A stretch of 63,576 bases of DNA, the filler included, from Octopus bimaculoides (Eukaryota): NCBI RefSeq assembly GCF_001194135.2. It is 7 parts of 7 records of this genome, joined end to end, with 100 filler letters (N's around TTAATTAATTAA, not from the genome) between each part and the next. Parts side by side here need not be neighbours in the genome. Positions count along the whole stretch, not along the records: positions 11,260 to 29,087 come from NC_068988.1; 6 more parts are not named here. One strand, given 5' to 3'. Shown piece after piece: positions 14,036-28,583 of this stretch (the first letter of the stretch is position 1; every line of letters begins with the position of its first letter). The notes beneath the pieces were generated by a model that was not told where the DNA came from, ran no database searches, and worked only from the letters and a program-made list of their open reading frames with translations. A program made the position numbers and the translations under genes.

Positions 14036-16367
14036 TAACCGACAGAATGNNNNNNNNNNNNNNNNNNNNNNNNNNNNNNNNNNNNNNNNNNNNNNNNNNN
14101 NNNNNNNNNNNNNNNNNNNNNNNNNNNNNNNNNNNNNNNNNNNNNNNNNAAACACAGATCTTTTATATATCAAGTAATGCAAATTACAATTCATCTATTT
14201 TTGGTTACTTATAGTTTCTTGGTAAAACAGTAATATATCTATTTCAGTCTTTGTCTATATTTTGAAGAACACATGGCTAAATAGAAAGATTCTTCGTTTG
14301 GTTAATAGCTTTATAGCAAGAAATCATATTGTAATCAGAACAAATCAGTTATAATTCCTATTACTTTATCTGCCTGTACATTATTTTGCATACGTCTCAC
14401 AAGAGTCAATACTTTTTAATACACACATATACGTGTTTACACACATACATATTTACATACATAAACACTGATAGATTAGCACACATGTCTGTTCACAGTC
14501 GCGCGATATATAATCACAAAAAGAATCTACTTGAATTTAATAGGAGTAAAATGTTTTGTGATATGGCTATTGTCTGCCCGAAGCGATTCAAAACTTAGAG
14601 TTCTCACAAAAACAAATGCTAAAATTGCCTATAATTGCTAGGGTGGAATTCTGTTTCTACAAACAGCAGTCCGAAGCAAATGGCGTGGAGATAGCAGTTT
14701 ACCCGCAAGCAAACGGAAATTGGCCGTTGATTGGGTGCACAATATACATCTAGCTTGTGTATATTTATATACTATTTTTCCATTTGATTATTTCAATTCT
14801 TGCTTCTCTATAGTAGGAACTGGTTTTAGTCAAAGAGACAAACCTCTTTCAGCGGGTATTAAGTAACAACATCGGTGAGTGTTTACACGTATTTTAGAAA
14901 TAGTTTCTTAATTCACTTACAGATTGAATTTGCGAAGTGTGTATTTGCGAAAAGGACTAATACTTGGTGTTTGTATAAAAATCCCCTACATTTCCGAGTT
15001 GTCATTTAAATATTCAGTAACATAGCCTATGCACCAATAATTATATAAATGTGAATATTTTCTGGATAGAAAAGCTGGTATCATCTTTGCACTTGTCCAT
15101 AATTATGGTATTTATGATTGATTTTGATAAAATTTTATTCACAAATAAAGGATAAGTCTTAAACAGCTTAAGCATATTATGTATGCATCTGGCGCAAGAT
15201 TTAATGGGAATGTTACACCAGTATTTTTTGAGTTGAAACGTTAGTATGTATTCAACAACAGACGTTTTACGACATTTATTCTGAGTAAGTCTGTGCATAG
15301 CATTGTATTTTGTTTTGACAACAACATTAAGCCGCATTAGGAAGTTGTGCGTTAAGGACATCTTTGAGCAGCTGTTGATGACGTGTAATATCCTCGACAG
15401 AAAAATAACATAATCAATATGTTTAGTCGCATCTAGGGGTTCAAAGACTACTGTCTCTTTTGTCCAATAGACATTTTGTAGCTGTCAATTGTTCTTGAAG
15501 TGCAGTAGTATAGCATTCGAATGTGACATGTGTGATAGTTACATATCCAAAGCGAGAATAGACACCCTGCGAATATTAGCGTTACCTTTGTCCGTCTTTA
15601 CGTTTTGATTTCAGATTCTGCCGAGGTCGTCTTTGCTTTCCATCCTTTTGGGGTCGATGAAATAATACCAGTTCAGTAGGGATGTCGATGTAATCGACTT
15701 ACCCACTCCCCCGAAATTGCTAGCCTTATGCCAAAATTTGAAACCAATATTAGCATCACCTCTAAGTTTATGGGGAAAATGTCATTTATAATAATTGTTT
15801 GTTATACTGAGTGTTTCTCATTCAAATTTTTGTTAAGTTGACCTAGCAAAGTTTTGTATACACTTGACTATCGGGTTAAATATATTGTGGCATTGAAATC
15901 CTTCAAGAGTGATTTCAACACTCTGTATTGATATTTTTGTTAAACGCAGTCTTTTGATCAACAGAAATCGAAAATATAAGTAGCAGACAAAACGACCAAA
16001 TATATCATAATTAAATAAAAATCTTTCGACAGAATATTTTATCATGGCTGCTGGTAAAAAACTCAATCACTAAAATAAGATGATAAATACATATAAATTT
16101 ATATGCATGTATGCATGCATGTATGTATGTATGTATGTATGTACATACATATATCCATACATATGCATACATACATACATACATACATGCATACACACAC
16201 ACACACACATATGAATATATATATACATATATATATATATGTAGTTATAATTTCCTTTCGAAACACAGTGTAGAAGTGCTCAAGTCGAAACTGAGCCTTT
16301 AGATAAGTATTATTGATACAATAGAAAACGTTCAACTCAGGCAGACTACTATTAACACACATTTTCA

Positions 16368-17069
16368 GGTTTAGTTAAAATAAAATAAGAACTATTCAAG
16401 CTGAAACATATATCAATTTATTAGAGATATACTATATATAGAAATATAAAAATATATGAATGCTAAAAATATACATTGACATACAAATATACAGATATAT
16501 AAACATAATAATAATCGAATATAAATAAAAATAATAATGGAATATAGATAAAAAAACGTTTTAAAAAATTAAAATATGGTATAGAGAAAGTAATAGGGAT
16601 TAAAAAGAATTTTCGTTTACATGTTAGAAGAAAATAAAGTATTCCAACGATCGTTTCTGAAGTTCATTCGTCCAAATTAGAGATGAATCTTAAGATCCAT
16701 TTTCAGAGAATGCCTCCTTCATCAAGGAAAACTGATGTTTACGCTAGATATGCATTCAGTTCTTTACAAGGTAACTCCAGAAACGATCGTTGGAATACTT
16801 TATTATCTTCTAACATGTCACCCAAAATTCTTTTAATGCCTATTACTTTATACTATATTTTAATTCTTTAAATAGTTTTTAAAAAAAATCTATATTCCAT
16901 TATCATTTTAATTTATATTCCGTTATTATTATGTTTGTATATCTATATATCTATATGTCCACGTATATTTTTAGTAATCATCTATTTTTATATTTCTATA
17001 TTTTTTATATCTCTAATATATCAATATATGTTTCAGCTTGGACAATTCTTATTTTATCTTAACCAAACC
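16368..17069. repeat. Foldback element with approximately 297-bp inverted arms and a 108-bp spacer
   Basis: 16368-16664 is the imperfect reverse complement of 16773-17069, e.g. acatgttagaagaaaataaagtattccaacgatcgtttctg versus cagaaacgatcgttggaatactttattatcttctaacatgt. Confidence 0.9.
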
Positions 17070-17846
17070 CGTTCATGTGTAGAGGCGCAATGGTCCAGTG
17101 GTTAGGCCAGCGGACACACAGTCGGAGGATCGCAGTTTCGATTCCCAAACCGGGCGTTGCGTGTGTTTATTGAGCAAAAACACCTAAAGCTCCACGAGAC
17201 TCCGACGAGACTCCCCTGTTGTACTCTTTCACCCAAACTTTCTCTCACTCTTTCTTCTTGTTTCATGAGTAAAGCTGCGATAGACTGGCGTCCCGTCCGG
17301 CTGGGTGGGGGACACACACGCCATAGAAACCGGGAAACCGGGCCCATGAGCCAGGCTAGGCTTTAAAAGGGCGAAAAAAAACAACAACCCTATTTATGTA
17401 TGTGTTAATCGTAGTCTACCTGATTTTAACTTTTCTATTGTATGAATTAAACTTACACACACATACACACATATGCATGTGTGTATGTATACATACATTT
17501 GTGCAAGTATATGTGTATCTTAACTAGCTGGATTCGAAACCACGAAGTTTCGGATTCAGTTTCATTGTACGAGACCTTGTAAGCAGACCTGGTGAAAACT
17601 GCTCTGAATGTATGTTTGTGTATACGAACAAATATCTAAACATCAATACATATACGTGTATTTATATGTATGTGTGTGTCTGCAACACCGTTTTACAACA
17701 GGTGTTGTTTTGTTGCTCTCCCCGTTAAGCATAAAAACAAAAGATATCAGAATAAGTACAAGTCTTATAAAACAAGTATTTTGGGGTCGATTTGATAAAG
17801 TAAATCCTTGAAGGCTGTGCACCAGTATGGCTATAGTTGAAAGAGT

Positions 17847-17930
<84 letters not shown>

Positions 17931-18629
17931 GTATATATATACACACACACCCATGTGTGCGTGTGTGTCTGTGTGTGTACATATATACATGAATACACAC
18001 ATATATATATATATATGTACACAAACACATATATCTATGTATACATAGATATATGGTATTGTTTGTTAAAAACTGATTGATCGAGTACTACGCGTAGAAC
18101 ACTAAGCAATTCAGCAGAGCAATTAATTATTTTGGTAAAATGATGTCTGCAACAAATGTGCACTACTTTCGTTTCTTTCAAAGATTTTTTCAAGCCATAA
18201 AACAGAAGCGGTCTGTCTAATATATACCAGTTTTTGTGTCAGTTACTGAAAGAAAATGAATTAAATAAACATGAAGGTGGTAGGGCTGTTTTGTGAAACC
18301 GTGTGAGACATCGTTAACTGACCTCGCGAGGATTTATTACTTAGCTTTATGGCTATAAAATATATTGTTTTGTAGTGGTTAAGTGGTGTTTTTATTGCAT
18401 TAGAAATAGAGTTCACTTTCTTTCAGATGTGTGGCATGGATTTTGCAATGTATTTTAGAAATAGTTCTTTTTTACGGCAACCCCCATCCCGCCAAAAAAA
18501 CAAACAAACAAAGACAACAACAACAAAAGAAAACGTGTATAAATCCAGATTGAGATGTTCACAGAAATATCTGGTTCAGAAAAACAACTACTTTTGTATA
18601 ATGAGACAGGAGTCTTGTTAGCTAAAGTA

Positions 18630-19020
18630 ATTGTTGTTGGCACTCCGGCGCTTACGACGTCGAGGGTTCCAGTCGATCCGATCAACGGAACAGCCTGCTC
18701 GTGAAATTAACGAGCAAGTGACTGAGCACTCCACAGACACGTGTAGCCTTAACGTAGTGCTCGGGGATATTCAGCGTGACACAGTGTGACAAGGCTGACC
18801 CTTTGAATTACAGGCACAACAGAAACAGGAAGTAAGGGTGAGAGAAAGTTGTGGTGAAAGAGTACAGCAGGGTTTGCCACCCCCACCCCCCACTGCCGGA
18901 GCCTCGTGGAACTTTAGGTGTTTTCGCTCAATAAACACTCACAACACCCGGTCTGGGAATCGAAACCGCGATCCTATGACCGCGAGTCCGCTGCCCTAAC
19001 CACTGGTTCATTGCGCCTCC
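18630..19020 (-). mobile_element. SINE family A, near full-length copy
   Basis: Reverse complement of 13701-14035 with an additional 3' tail. Confidence 0.9.
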
Positions 19021-19270
19021 ACTGCTACAGCAGTAGGTAACCCACGTAGCTCAGGTAGCTGAAATACCTCCAACAGAACACTTTCCTACCGGATTCGATA
19101 TTGATTTCTGCATTCGGTGACGGAGTACACCCGCATTAATTTGCACAAGGGTATCTATCACAAGTATCCCTTCTTAACAAAGAACTATGGCAAATAGCGA
19201 ATTATTGAAACAAGCTCATCTTCCACCTCTCGTGTGAGTAACACGCACACACACACATACNNNNNNNNNN

Positions 19271-19321
<51 letters not shown>

Positions 19322-19667
19322 GTGCGCACATACCCATACGCACACATGCACACGCGCATAAATATACGTACACACGTAAACATAGACAAACGCATGCACT
19401 TACACAAACAGATATACCCACACGCGCACACATATACATACGTATACATGTAAGTATATGTTCAGTTCCATACGCTTTGCACTAATGACTAAACCTAGTC
19501 CGTCTTCCAAGAACGTTGGCTGTCTAGAAATCTTCCCTATGCATGTCTTTGCGCCAGCAGTTGATTTTGAAAGCTTCAAGTGGAACGTTATTAACATCAA
19601 TGAAACCGGTCTAGGACGGCCTGTGAAGGCCATAATCATCATACCTTCTTTCAGACCCTGCAAGTAA

Positions 19668-19698
<31 letters not shown>

Positions 19699-19724
19699 TG
19701 TATGTATGTATGCATTCATGCATG

Positions 19725-19755
<31 letters not shown>

Positions 19756-22289
19756 GTATGTATGTTATCAATCAGTTTCATTTCTGTATTTCTTGTCAAT
19801 AGAGAAAGAACCGGACTCTAACATAGATTCAAGGCTCCTTCATTGGAACTTTTATCAACATCATCTAGGTATTTGTGCATGTGTGTGAGTGTGTGTGNNN
19901 NNNNNNNNNNNNNNNNNNNNNNNNNNNNNNNNNNNNNNNNNNNNNNNNNNNNNNNNNNNNNNNNNNNNNNNNNNNNNNNNNNNNNNNNNNNNNNNNNNNN
20001 NNNNNNNNNNNNNNNNNNNNNNNNNNNNNNNNNNNNNNNNNNNNNNNNNNNNNNNNNNNGTGTGTGTGTGTGCAGTATTTAGTGTTAGTGTATGCACAGA
20101 TTTGTATGTTTGTTTTATGGATGCGTTTTTATGTATATATTTTCATGTCTAGATGCATGCATATATATTTATATGCTAAATTTTTGGAAAGTTTTACAAA
20201 CCTTTACAGTTCCATTGATGGCTTGAATCTGTAGTCTTCTAATTAACCTTTATGTATGCATGTATGTATGTATGTATGTATGTATGTATGTATGTATGTA
20301 TGTATGTTTTCTTTCTAATTCAGAGTAAATTCTGACCGATTACCTACTTGGTAGCAAGGTTTTGAAGGAAAGTATCTTGATTTAACGAACATCTTTTAAA
20401 TTTTAAGAAGGCCTTGAAGATTTTTAAAGCTCCAGATATTGTGATCATTTGTAGCATATGAATTAAGGGTTTGCATTCTCTCCCACACTTTGCACTAGAC
20501 TGGTTGGTATGCATCTTATTGCTCCAATAATAATAACTGTCATGTATGTATGTATGTATGCATGCATGTTAGTCTTATTTTTAGATTTCATGCCATTGGA
20601 GAAAGAACCAGTTTCTAACCTAGATCTAAGTTTCTTTCATTGGGATGTCGACATTATCAACACTCTCTTGGTACATGCTTTTGTGTTTGTGTTCAAGTAT
20701 TTGGTGTCAGTGCCTGTGCAGGTTTGTCTGTCTAACTGTCGATATGTTATTCAGTTTTATTTCAAGATTTCTTGCCAACAGAAGAGCCTGTTTCTAACCT
20801 AGATCTAAAGCTCCTTCATTAGGTTTTCAATATCAACAGGGTGTTTTTATATGTTTGTATATGTGCAGTATTTGGAGTCAATTTATGTATGTATGTATGT
20901 ATGGATGTATGTATGTATGTATGTATGTATGTATGTATGTATGTATGTATGTAGATTAAATATTATGTCACATTCGAGGTTATTCGAATGTGAGTGTTAC
21001 AGGTGACTGTAAACCAGTACCGCCTTGTTTGTTTATCGGTAACTTAATCAACGAGGTTTAATCTGGTGAGGAGGGTTGCTAGATAGACCAGAGAACAAAC
21101 ATGAGCTGTCAAAAGATCGAATGTACCTAGTACAGAGTCAATCATTGTCTCATAATGTGAACTCGGAGACAGAAATACCGGAAATGTTGGAGAAGCACAC
21201 TCTGTGACCACTGGAAGCGATGCAAATCTCCAATGTTGATTTCTGTGAAAAAGTTATGATCTCGAAGTTCTAACACCTATGTAGTGCCTCATCGGGGTAG
21301 GTAGTGCACCTTTCATTGCTACAGCAGTTAATACATCTCGGATATGGTACGTCCAAAATAGGCATGAACTTCCTCCTGCAGAGAGAAAGCAATTACAAAT
21401 ATTGTCAATAATAATATACCGGAAAGATATGCTTTATGTTTCCTACAGTGAAATAAGCGGAAATAACGATTAATACTAACTTCGATAAACTCAGCAACAG
21501 ATAAGTAGATAGAGCAGCAGATAAAAAACAAGAAAAGGAACGTTAAACAAATAAAGGAACTGATATTAACTGTCAAAAGACAACATATAAAGACGAAAAT
21601 ATTGAATGTGAATGAAATCATAGATTCCGTGGAATTCGTTTTTTTTTATTCAATGCACAAACGAGATTTCTCAATGTGAACTTTATCGATTTAACTATAA
21701 TCTAGCTTTAAGCCATTTAGTTTATTGTTCAGAATTTCCTAGTAATTTGGCATCTAAAATTGTTGAAAGGAAATTATAGAAATTTTCACAAAAGATATAA
21801 ACTACTAAGAACTAAACTAAATTGAAACAACAATATTTCTGTCTGTATGTCTGCCTTTCTGATCTTCTTACTCCTCCCAGTCATACTCTTTCGATCTAGC
21901 CCATATATATATGTAACCTCCTTCTCGCTACATTATTACATAATACTCTGGTTTCAAATTTAAATACACTCCAGAAAACAAGTTTTTGGTATAGTCTTAG
22001 TTTGAAACAGCCATACAGACTGTGTGTGTGTGAGTGAATGTGTGCGTGTATATACACACACACACATACACACACATATACGCATATATAAGTATGTATA
22101 TGTTTATGTATCTTTGTTTGTCTCTGTCTTTCTCTCTCTCTATATATGTATATATCCCGCCTTGCCTCATCGCTCCTTTGGCCTTCATGTCTATAAATAT
22201 AAACTCATACATATATAGACACATACAAATATAAGCACATAAATATACATACATAAATATAAACACACATGTGTATATAAAAACACATC

Positions 22290-23060
22290 CAGCGTGGGTC
22301 AAAAGTGAAGTACCAAAATGTCGGACGCCATGCACATCGAGGCGATCGGGTTCGCTCTAAAGGAATGTGATGCGGTGACAGGATCGAAGATTAACCGGGG
22401 CAAATCAGTAGGCCTACAACTCAGCACCTGGGTGGCAGGTCTATATCGTCCAACATGCGTTGTAGGGCGCTGGACAGACGGACCGGTTAAGCTACTCGGG
22501 GTATGGTTCGATCCAGACCTCCAAGTGGACAAGAACTGGCACGAGGTAATGATCAGGGTAGCCAAACTCACCCAGAAATGAGAGAAAACTGTCCCTGAAA
22601 GGTCGGAGAAAAGTGGAGAACGCGTATATCGCACCAGTCCTCTATTATTGTCTGACAGTCGTGCCTTGCCCCGAGTCACGCCTGAACGAGTTGGAGCGTA
22701 TACTCTTTTGCTTTCTGTGGAGGGGACGTATTGCTCTTGTCAGGCAGTCAATCTGCTGTCAACAGCCGCTGGACAGAGGGCTGAGCATGCCATGGTTGCC
22801 GATGCGCAAGCAGGCACTGAGGCTGCGGCATCTCCAGTTTTTCCTTAACGGTGAGCAGGTGTGATCACCCTTTGTTAAATGCGCTTTTCCTTAAGTCGTT
22901 TCCTTAACGGACTGCAACCCTGGGTCAAGCTGATACTGAGGGAGGGCGAGTGGCACCTTGAGTGCCTACAAGCCCTCTTAGTCATCTTAGACCTCTTAGT
23001 CGGGCAATGCTGTCGGTGGAAATTCTACCTTGGAGTTCCGTAGGGGATTAGTGTCGTAAC
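22290..23060 (+). mobile_element. Decayed L1/Tx1-clade LINE, RT fragment
   Basis: TGSKINRGKSVG ... VKLLGVWF ... KNW ... LSLKGR (DNA ctgtccctgaaaggtcgg) ... LFCFLWRG ... RGLSMP; broken by stops. Confidence 0.85.
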
Positions 23061-25604
23061 TCTATGGATGATGTGTAATACTGTGTAAACTTGAGAGCAG
23101 CAGTCTGCGATATGATAACAGTTGTACGTGGCACAGATCGCATGGTTTGGATTGTCTACCCTACGATCTTTACGTATCCAAGCAAGGCAGGCTGGCAGAA
23201 TCGTTAGCATGCCGGGCAAAACGGCGGGCATTTCGTCCGTCTTTATCTTCTGAGTTCAAATTTCACCGAGGTCGACCTTGCTTTTAGTCCTTTCGGGTTC
23301 GATAAAATAAGCAACAACTAAGCACTGGAGTCGATGTAATCGACTAACCCACTCGCGCAAAATTTCAGGCCTTGTGCCTATACTAGAAAAGATTATAATT
23401 ATTATTAACGTTATTATTGTTGTTATTGTTGTTGTTATCGTTGTTGTCATTATCTTCACGTGAAATATCTTCACCTCAGATCAACAACTAATGGTGAGCG
23501 ATAAACGAATATTCTTACAAATAACTTAATGTCAGTTATTATTAATTCCAATTGAGACATCTTTTAATTTGTTCTCGTAGATGAGGTGTCTTGATTAAAG
23601 TATGTGAAAGAAAAATAGGGAAAGGCATCGGAGAGGAATTCGATGAATGATGTGTTTTAACTATTCTCCACTGATCTTATTTTATTATTTTACATAGTCA
23701 CAAATGGAGCTGCCATTTTCTTTGCCTTTTTGTGGGGCTCCCGAGACTGTTCGATCAACTTAAAGTTTTATTATTCTATACCATGGGGGCTGTGGTGAAG
23801 GCAAACAGAGCAGTTAAGCTTGGCGACGTATTCAGTAATGATATATAAGTGGTTTTGAAGAATTATGTTCTTATTTAGGTTCCAAGAGCTTGGAACAGCA
23901 TGTTATGGTGAAAACTATTATATATCATAACGAGGAATAAGTGAGAAAGACATTAAATGTAGTGACAGTGACAGCTACTTGCAGTCGTTCAAAATATCAT
24001 TTCTCTTCGTATGATAAAACCCTGATGATTCACTAAGCAAATTCCGCTTTAGATGCTTTAATAATGAAGTATGGCCGCCGATAAAGACAATATGACATGA
24101 CAATATGACAGAGGAGACAGAGTTATATATTGATAGTTATTAAAAGAACGGTCAATAACTCCGCTTTTATATTTATACAGAATTATATTGCAAACTTGTC
24201 ATTAATATAAACACAGCGCAGGATAACCGAATGGTTTAGAAGAGTGCTTTGCAACTACGAGGTGCTAGGGTCGATCCTACATCATGGCATCTTGGGCAGA
24301 ATCTATTTAATACAACCTCAGACCGACCCACATTTTGAAGGTGATATTGAGTAGATAGAAACTGTATCAAACTTGTTGGCTGGGTTGTACCTGTAATTTA
24401 AAGGTACAAATTGTCACACACTGTGATATAACACGATCACATACATACATACATACATACATCTCAGTATATCCTTAATCTGTGTTTTGTACCCTATTTC
24501 AGTTACTGATATAAATTCCCATATAGACATCATATCCATATCCGAACCCATGCTTGATACTAAGATACCCCAACGATACAGTTACCGATACACTCATATA
24601 CATCTTGTTATCCTCGCTATGGGTTTTCCTCTTACTACAACTATATGATCTTTTTCTGTACCTCTAAACTAGCTACTGTTCGTATGTAGACGCATCTCCG
24701 ACCGTCGAACCGAGGAGGTTTATCTAGTCCTCCTTAAGGAAGGCTGACGACTTGCGTCCGTGACTATATTCAATCTAGATGCAGTGTATGGCCAAGATGT
24801 CTTACTTTACCTCGCTTTATACTCTGCTCTCTACAATGCATTGCTGCAGTCACTTTCTACTCCGCTGAATCATTAAGGTTTCTTCCACAAAGTCTGCCAG
24901 ATTCAATCCTCACATGTATAATGTAGGCAAGCCCTATCATACTAATTAATCCATAGCTGGGACCTTGACAAGTGCTGCTACTCTGAGTCAGAGCAGACCT
25001 GAGAAAGCTAAACGTAGGCATATACATACACACAATACACATACAAAATTCACATAAACATACACATACACACAAATCGCTTTCGCTCATTCACATACAC
25101 ATACGCACACTCAATCCAAATTCTTCTGTCTCTTCCTACACATCCATATGGTGGCCCACCAAATATACTGCCGAACTCACAATTTCCTTTCAGACAACGA
25201 ACAACTGAGCTTCTATTTGATTTCTTAACCCAGATGGTCATGTAAAGTCAAAAATGGCATTCCTCACTAACAAGTAAACACAAGATATACACGTGACTAC
25301 ATATGAGTACATCACTGTGTGTATGCGTAATGAACACTTACCAAAATGTTTAGTATACATTTTTAGTATGCATATTTCTATAAATCTACATACATATATT
25401 TGTATATACATATACAAACACATGCACAAACACAAACACAGGCACACATACATTCACAGACACATTCAGACTTATAAACACAGACACATAAATAACTACG
25501 CAAGTGTATGTGCCCGACTGTAGACGGGACTATATCGTATAATTGTGAATTATGCACCAACACGTTTTATATACAAAGAAAGATGCAAACATATACATTT
25601 ACAA

Positions 25605-25672
<68 letters not shown>

Positions 25673-25681
25673 TTACAAATT

Positions 25682-25759
<78 letters not shown>

Positions 25760-25766
25760 CATATAC

Positions 25767-25798
<32 letters not shown>

Positions 25799-26487
25799 TT
25801 ATATATAGAGAGTGATACAGACAGACACACATATGTACATGCTTGCATCCATAGCATTTTCTAATAATCGAGGAAAATTAAATGCTAACAAAATGCACCG
25901 TTCATTGTATTTTGTTATTAAAGATATTAATTGAAGAAGTACATTTTAGAAAATAAGACCTCATCAAAAGTTTTTAAGAGAGCGTAAACTTATAATATAG
26001 TTTACTAACAAACTCCGATAAAATTCGATTAAGATTCTTCAATATATATACTCAGTAAATTTCAATTAAATCAGAAAAGAGTCTAGAAGAGATTATATAA
26101 ATAAACTTTCTGTAATAGAAAATCATGCTGTAGAATATAATTTTATCGTTCCTGCTCACTTTTCTTGTTTGTATTTTGCTATATACATTTTAATGCTTTA
26201 AGAAGGTTGAAATGTCAATGTAGTGTCTTTTGACTCTCAACAATTGTTCTGTGGATATTAGTTTCCAGTTCCTTTTTTTTTATCATTAACCTTAGTTTCA
26301 TTTATGTGTCTTTATTTGCTTGTATTCTCGTGTTGTCTCCCAGCCACTACATTTCACTACATATATTACATTCATAGATAATCATGTATATATATGCATG
26401 TGTATATATATATATGTATATATATACATGCATATACATGCACATGTATGCATGCACACATAGATACATACATATATATATAGCATC

Positions 26488-26519
<32 letters not shown>

Positions 26520-26612
26520 GTACATACATGTGATACATAGCACCGTATGTATATGCATACATATGACGAGAAAGAGAGAGAGAGAAATAGAGAGAGAGGG
26601 AGAGAAAGAGAA

Positions 26613-26649
<37 letters not shown>

Positions 26650-26659
26650 NNNNNNNNNN

Positions 26660-26691
<32 letters not shown>

Positions 26692-26989
26692 GAGAAAAGA
26701 GAGAGAGAGGGAAAGAGAAGGACGTCTATGTCTATTGGTGTGTTTATGTGTTTTCATTATCCATTGTATTTGTGGATTATATGCAAAAACAGTCCTGCGC
26801 ATATTTGCATATATGTGTGTATGTGTGTTTGTGTGTTTGTGTGTGAGTGCGTGTGTGTGTTTATGTGTGTGAGCGGAACAAGCGTGAAGAAACTTTTATG
26901 TATATGTATGTATATATATATATATATATATGTATGTATACAAAAAAATAACATGCAGTTCAATGCTATGACATTTCAGGCCCTCCATT

Positions 26990-27720
26990 ATCAGCCCAAC
27001 ACCAGGCTAAAGTCAGAATACACTGGAACAGAAGATAATATGATGCCAGAGCCAGGATCGGTGCGTGACCGGGGGGTTCACATGAGCAATGATGCAACAT
27101 TTCCTGTTCATATTACCAAGAGGGCAACACTGCAGGCGAATGGTTGTATGGGTTCTGAAAACATTCAGAAGCAGGAAAAGGGGAGGCTCTGCTACTCCTA
27201 TGGAAGACTTTCGTTCTTAGCCGCTTGGACTACTGCTCCCAACTATGGTCCCCCAGAGAGTGTGAAACAAACTGGAGAACTCGAAGCAATCCAGCGCCAA
27301 TATACAAAGAAGATTGACTCGATGCAAATGATGGGCAACTGAGAGAGGCTAAAGGAGCTGTGTCTCTATTCCCTGGAGAGGAGACGAGAGAGATAAATAT
27401 ATGGAAGATCTTGGAGGGTTTAGATCCCAATTTTGGAATTGACAGCTATACCAATCCTCGAACTGGACGGCACACCAAAAATCCCGTCTTCCCCATCTAA
27501 AATAAGGACACAGTACTGCAATAGTTTGGGTTTAAAGGACCCGCAGTTGTTCAACATTCTTCCAGGCAACCTTTGAGATCTACATGGTATTGATGTGGAA
27601 GTTTTCAAGGAACGGCTGAACAGGTTTCTATCTGAGATAACAGATGAACCCACATCGAGGCAGGGGACGCAGAGAAGAGCAGCTCTGTCTAACTCGCTAC
27701 TTCACCAAAAACAATACTGG
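26990..27720 (+). mobile_element. Decayed CR1/Jockey-like LINE, 3' end
   Basis: ELEAIQRQYTKKI ... ERLKELCLYSLERRRE ... WKILEGLDPNFGI ... QLFNILP ... FKERLNRFLSEITDEP ... SNSL. Confidence 0.85.
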
Positions 27721-28516
27721 AAACAACACCGAGTAACTACAGGTGTTGCACCAGCATGACCTCAGCCCTTGGCTGAAACCATCTGTGGGAAAAGATGCAG
27801 CAATTCCAGATGTGGATACTGTAACCGCAATCTGCCTGATTGAACAAAGTTTTTGCCAAAATTAGGTTGATCAGAAAAGTTTTATCGTTTCTGTCAGAAG
27901 CTTCAGGGAAAAATATTCCTCCGCGCCAAATGTCACCCATTTTTCGTGACATATGTATAAGCTAATTTATCATTTGGAACGAAATGTAAGTAATTTTGGG
28001 GAAGATACTGTTTTAATTCTTGAATGTCAGAGCTAGTTATCTCAAGGCTCTCTCGACTGAGAGTTGCACAGTTCACGCTAGAACTGGTTACTCGCACTCC
28101 TCAAGATCCTTGTATTGTATTGTATTATGTATACAACACAATCGATTGCATCGTATTTTCAATGAGATTCAGTAATATTGAAGGGAGAGCTTACTTGATT
28201 AAGCAGGACCTACTGCTTGACAGGAACTTTATTTTATCGAACCAGAGGGATGAACGGCGAACATTTCCTTGGGGATGGAAGATGGAGCTTACTTGAACTC
28301 AGAAAGTAAAACTTCATGAACTAAATACTGCTAGATACTTTGTCCGTCATCTAGAGAATCTGCCGTTCCATCACCCTCTATAATTAAAATATTATTAATT
28401 AATTGTCGTTTCAGCTGACTATTAAATATTTAAAATTGAATTTTAGTCGGTTAATTTATTTAGATTAAATCATTATGCTAAATCTATTTTTTGTTATTTC
28501 TTCCTTTTCTTTTCAG

Positions 28517-28583
28517 GTAAGTTCTTGCTTCTGCCGAAGAAACTATCTTAATTGCTTCAAACGAGTGTCTTAATTAACTTCAG
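28517..28583 (+). other. Candidate recursive splice site plus 67-nt RS-exon
   Basis: Branch-like tgctaaat, long pyrimidine tract and cag immediately followed by gtaagt (28517); a second cag|gtaagt at 28584. Confidence 0.55.

Noticed and set aside
24685-24760. Possible hammerhead (CTGACGA with aggagg/cctcct and gacgca/tgcgtc stems)
   Set aside because: There is no GAAA box in the required position and the stem order does not fit any hammerhead topology.
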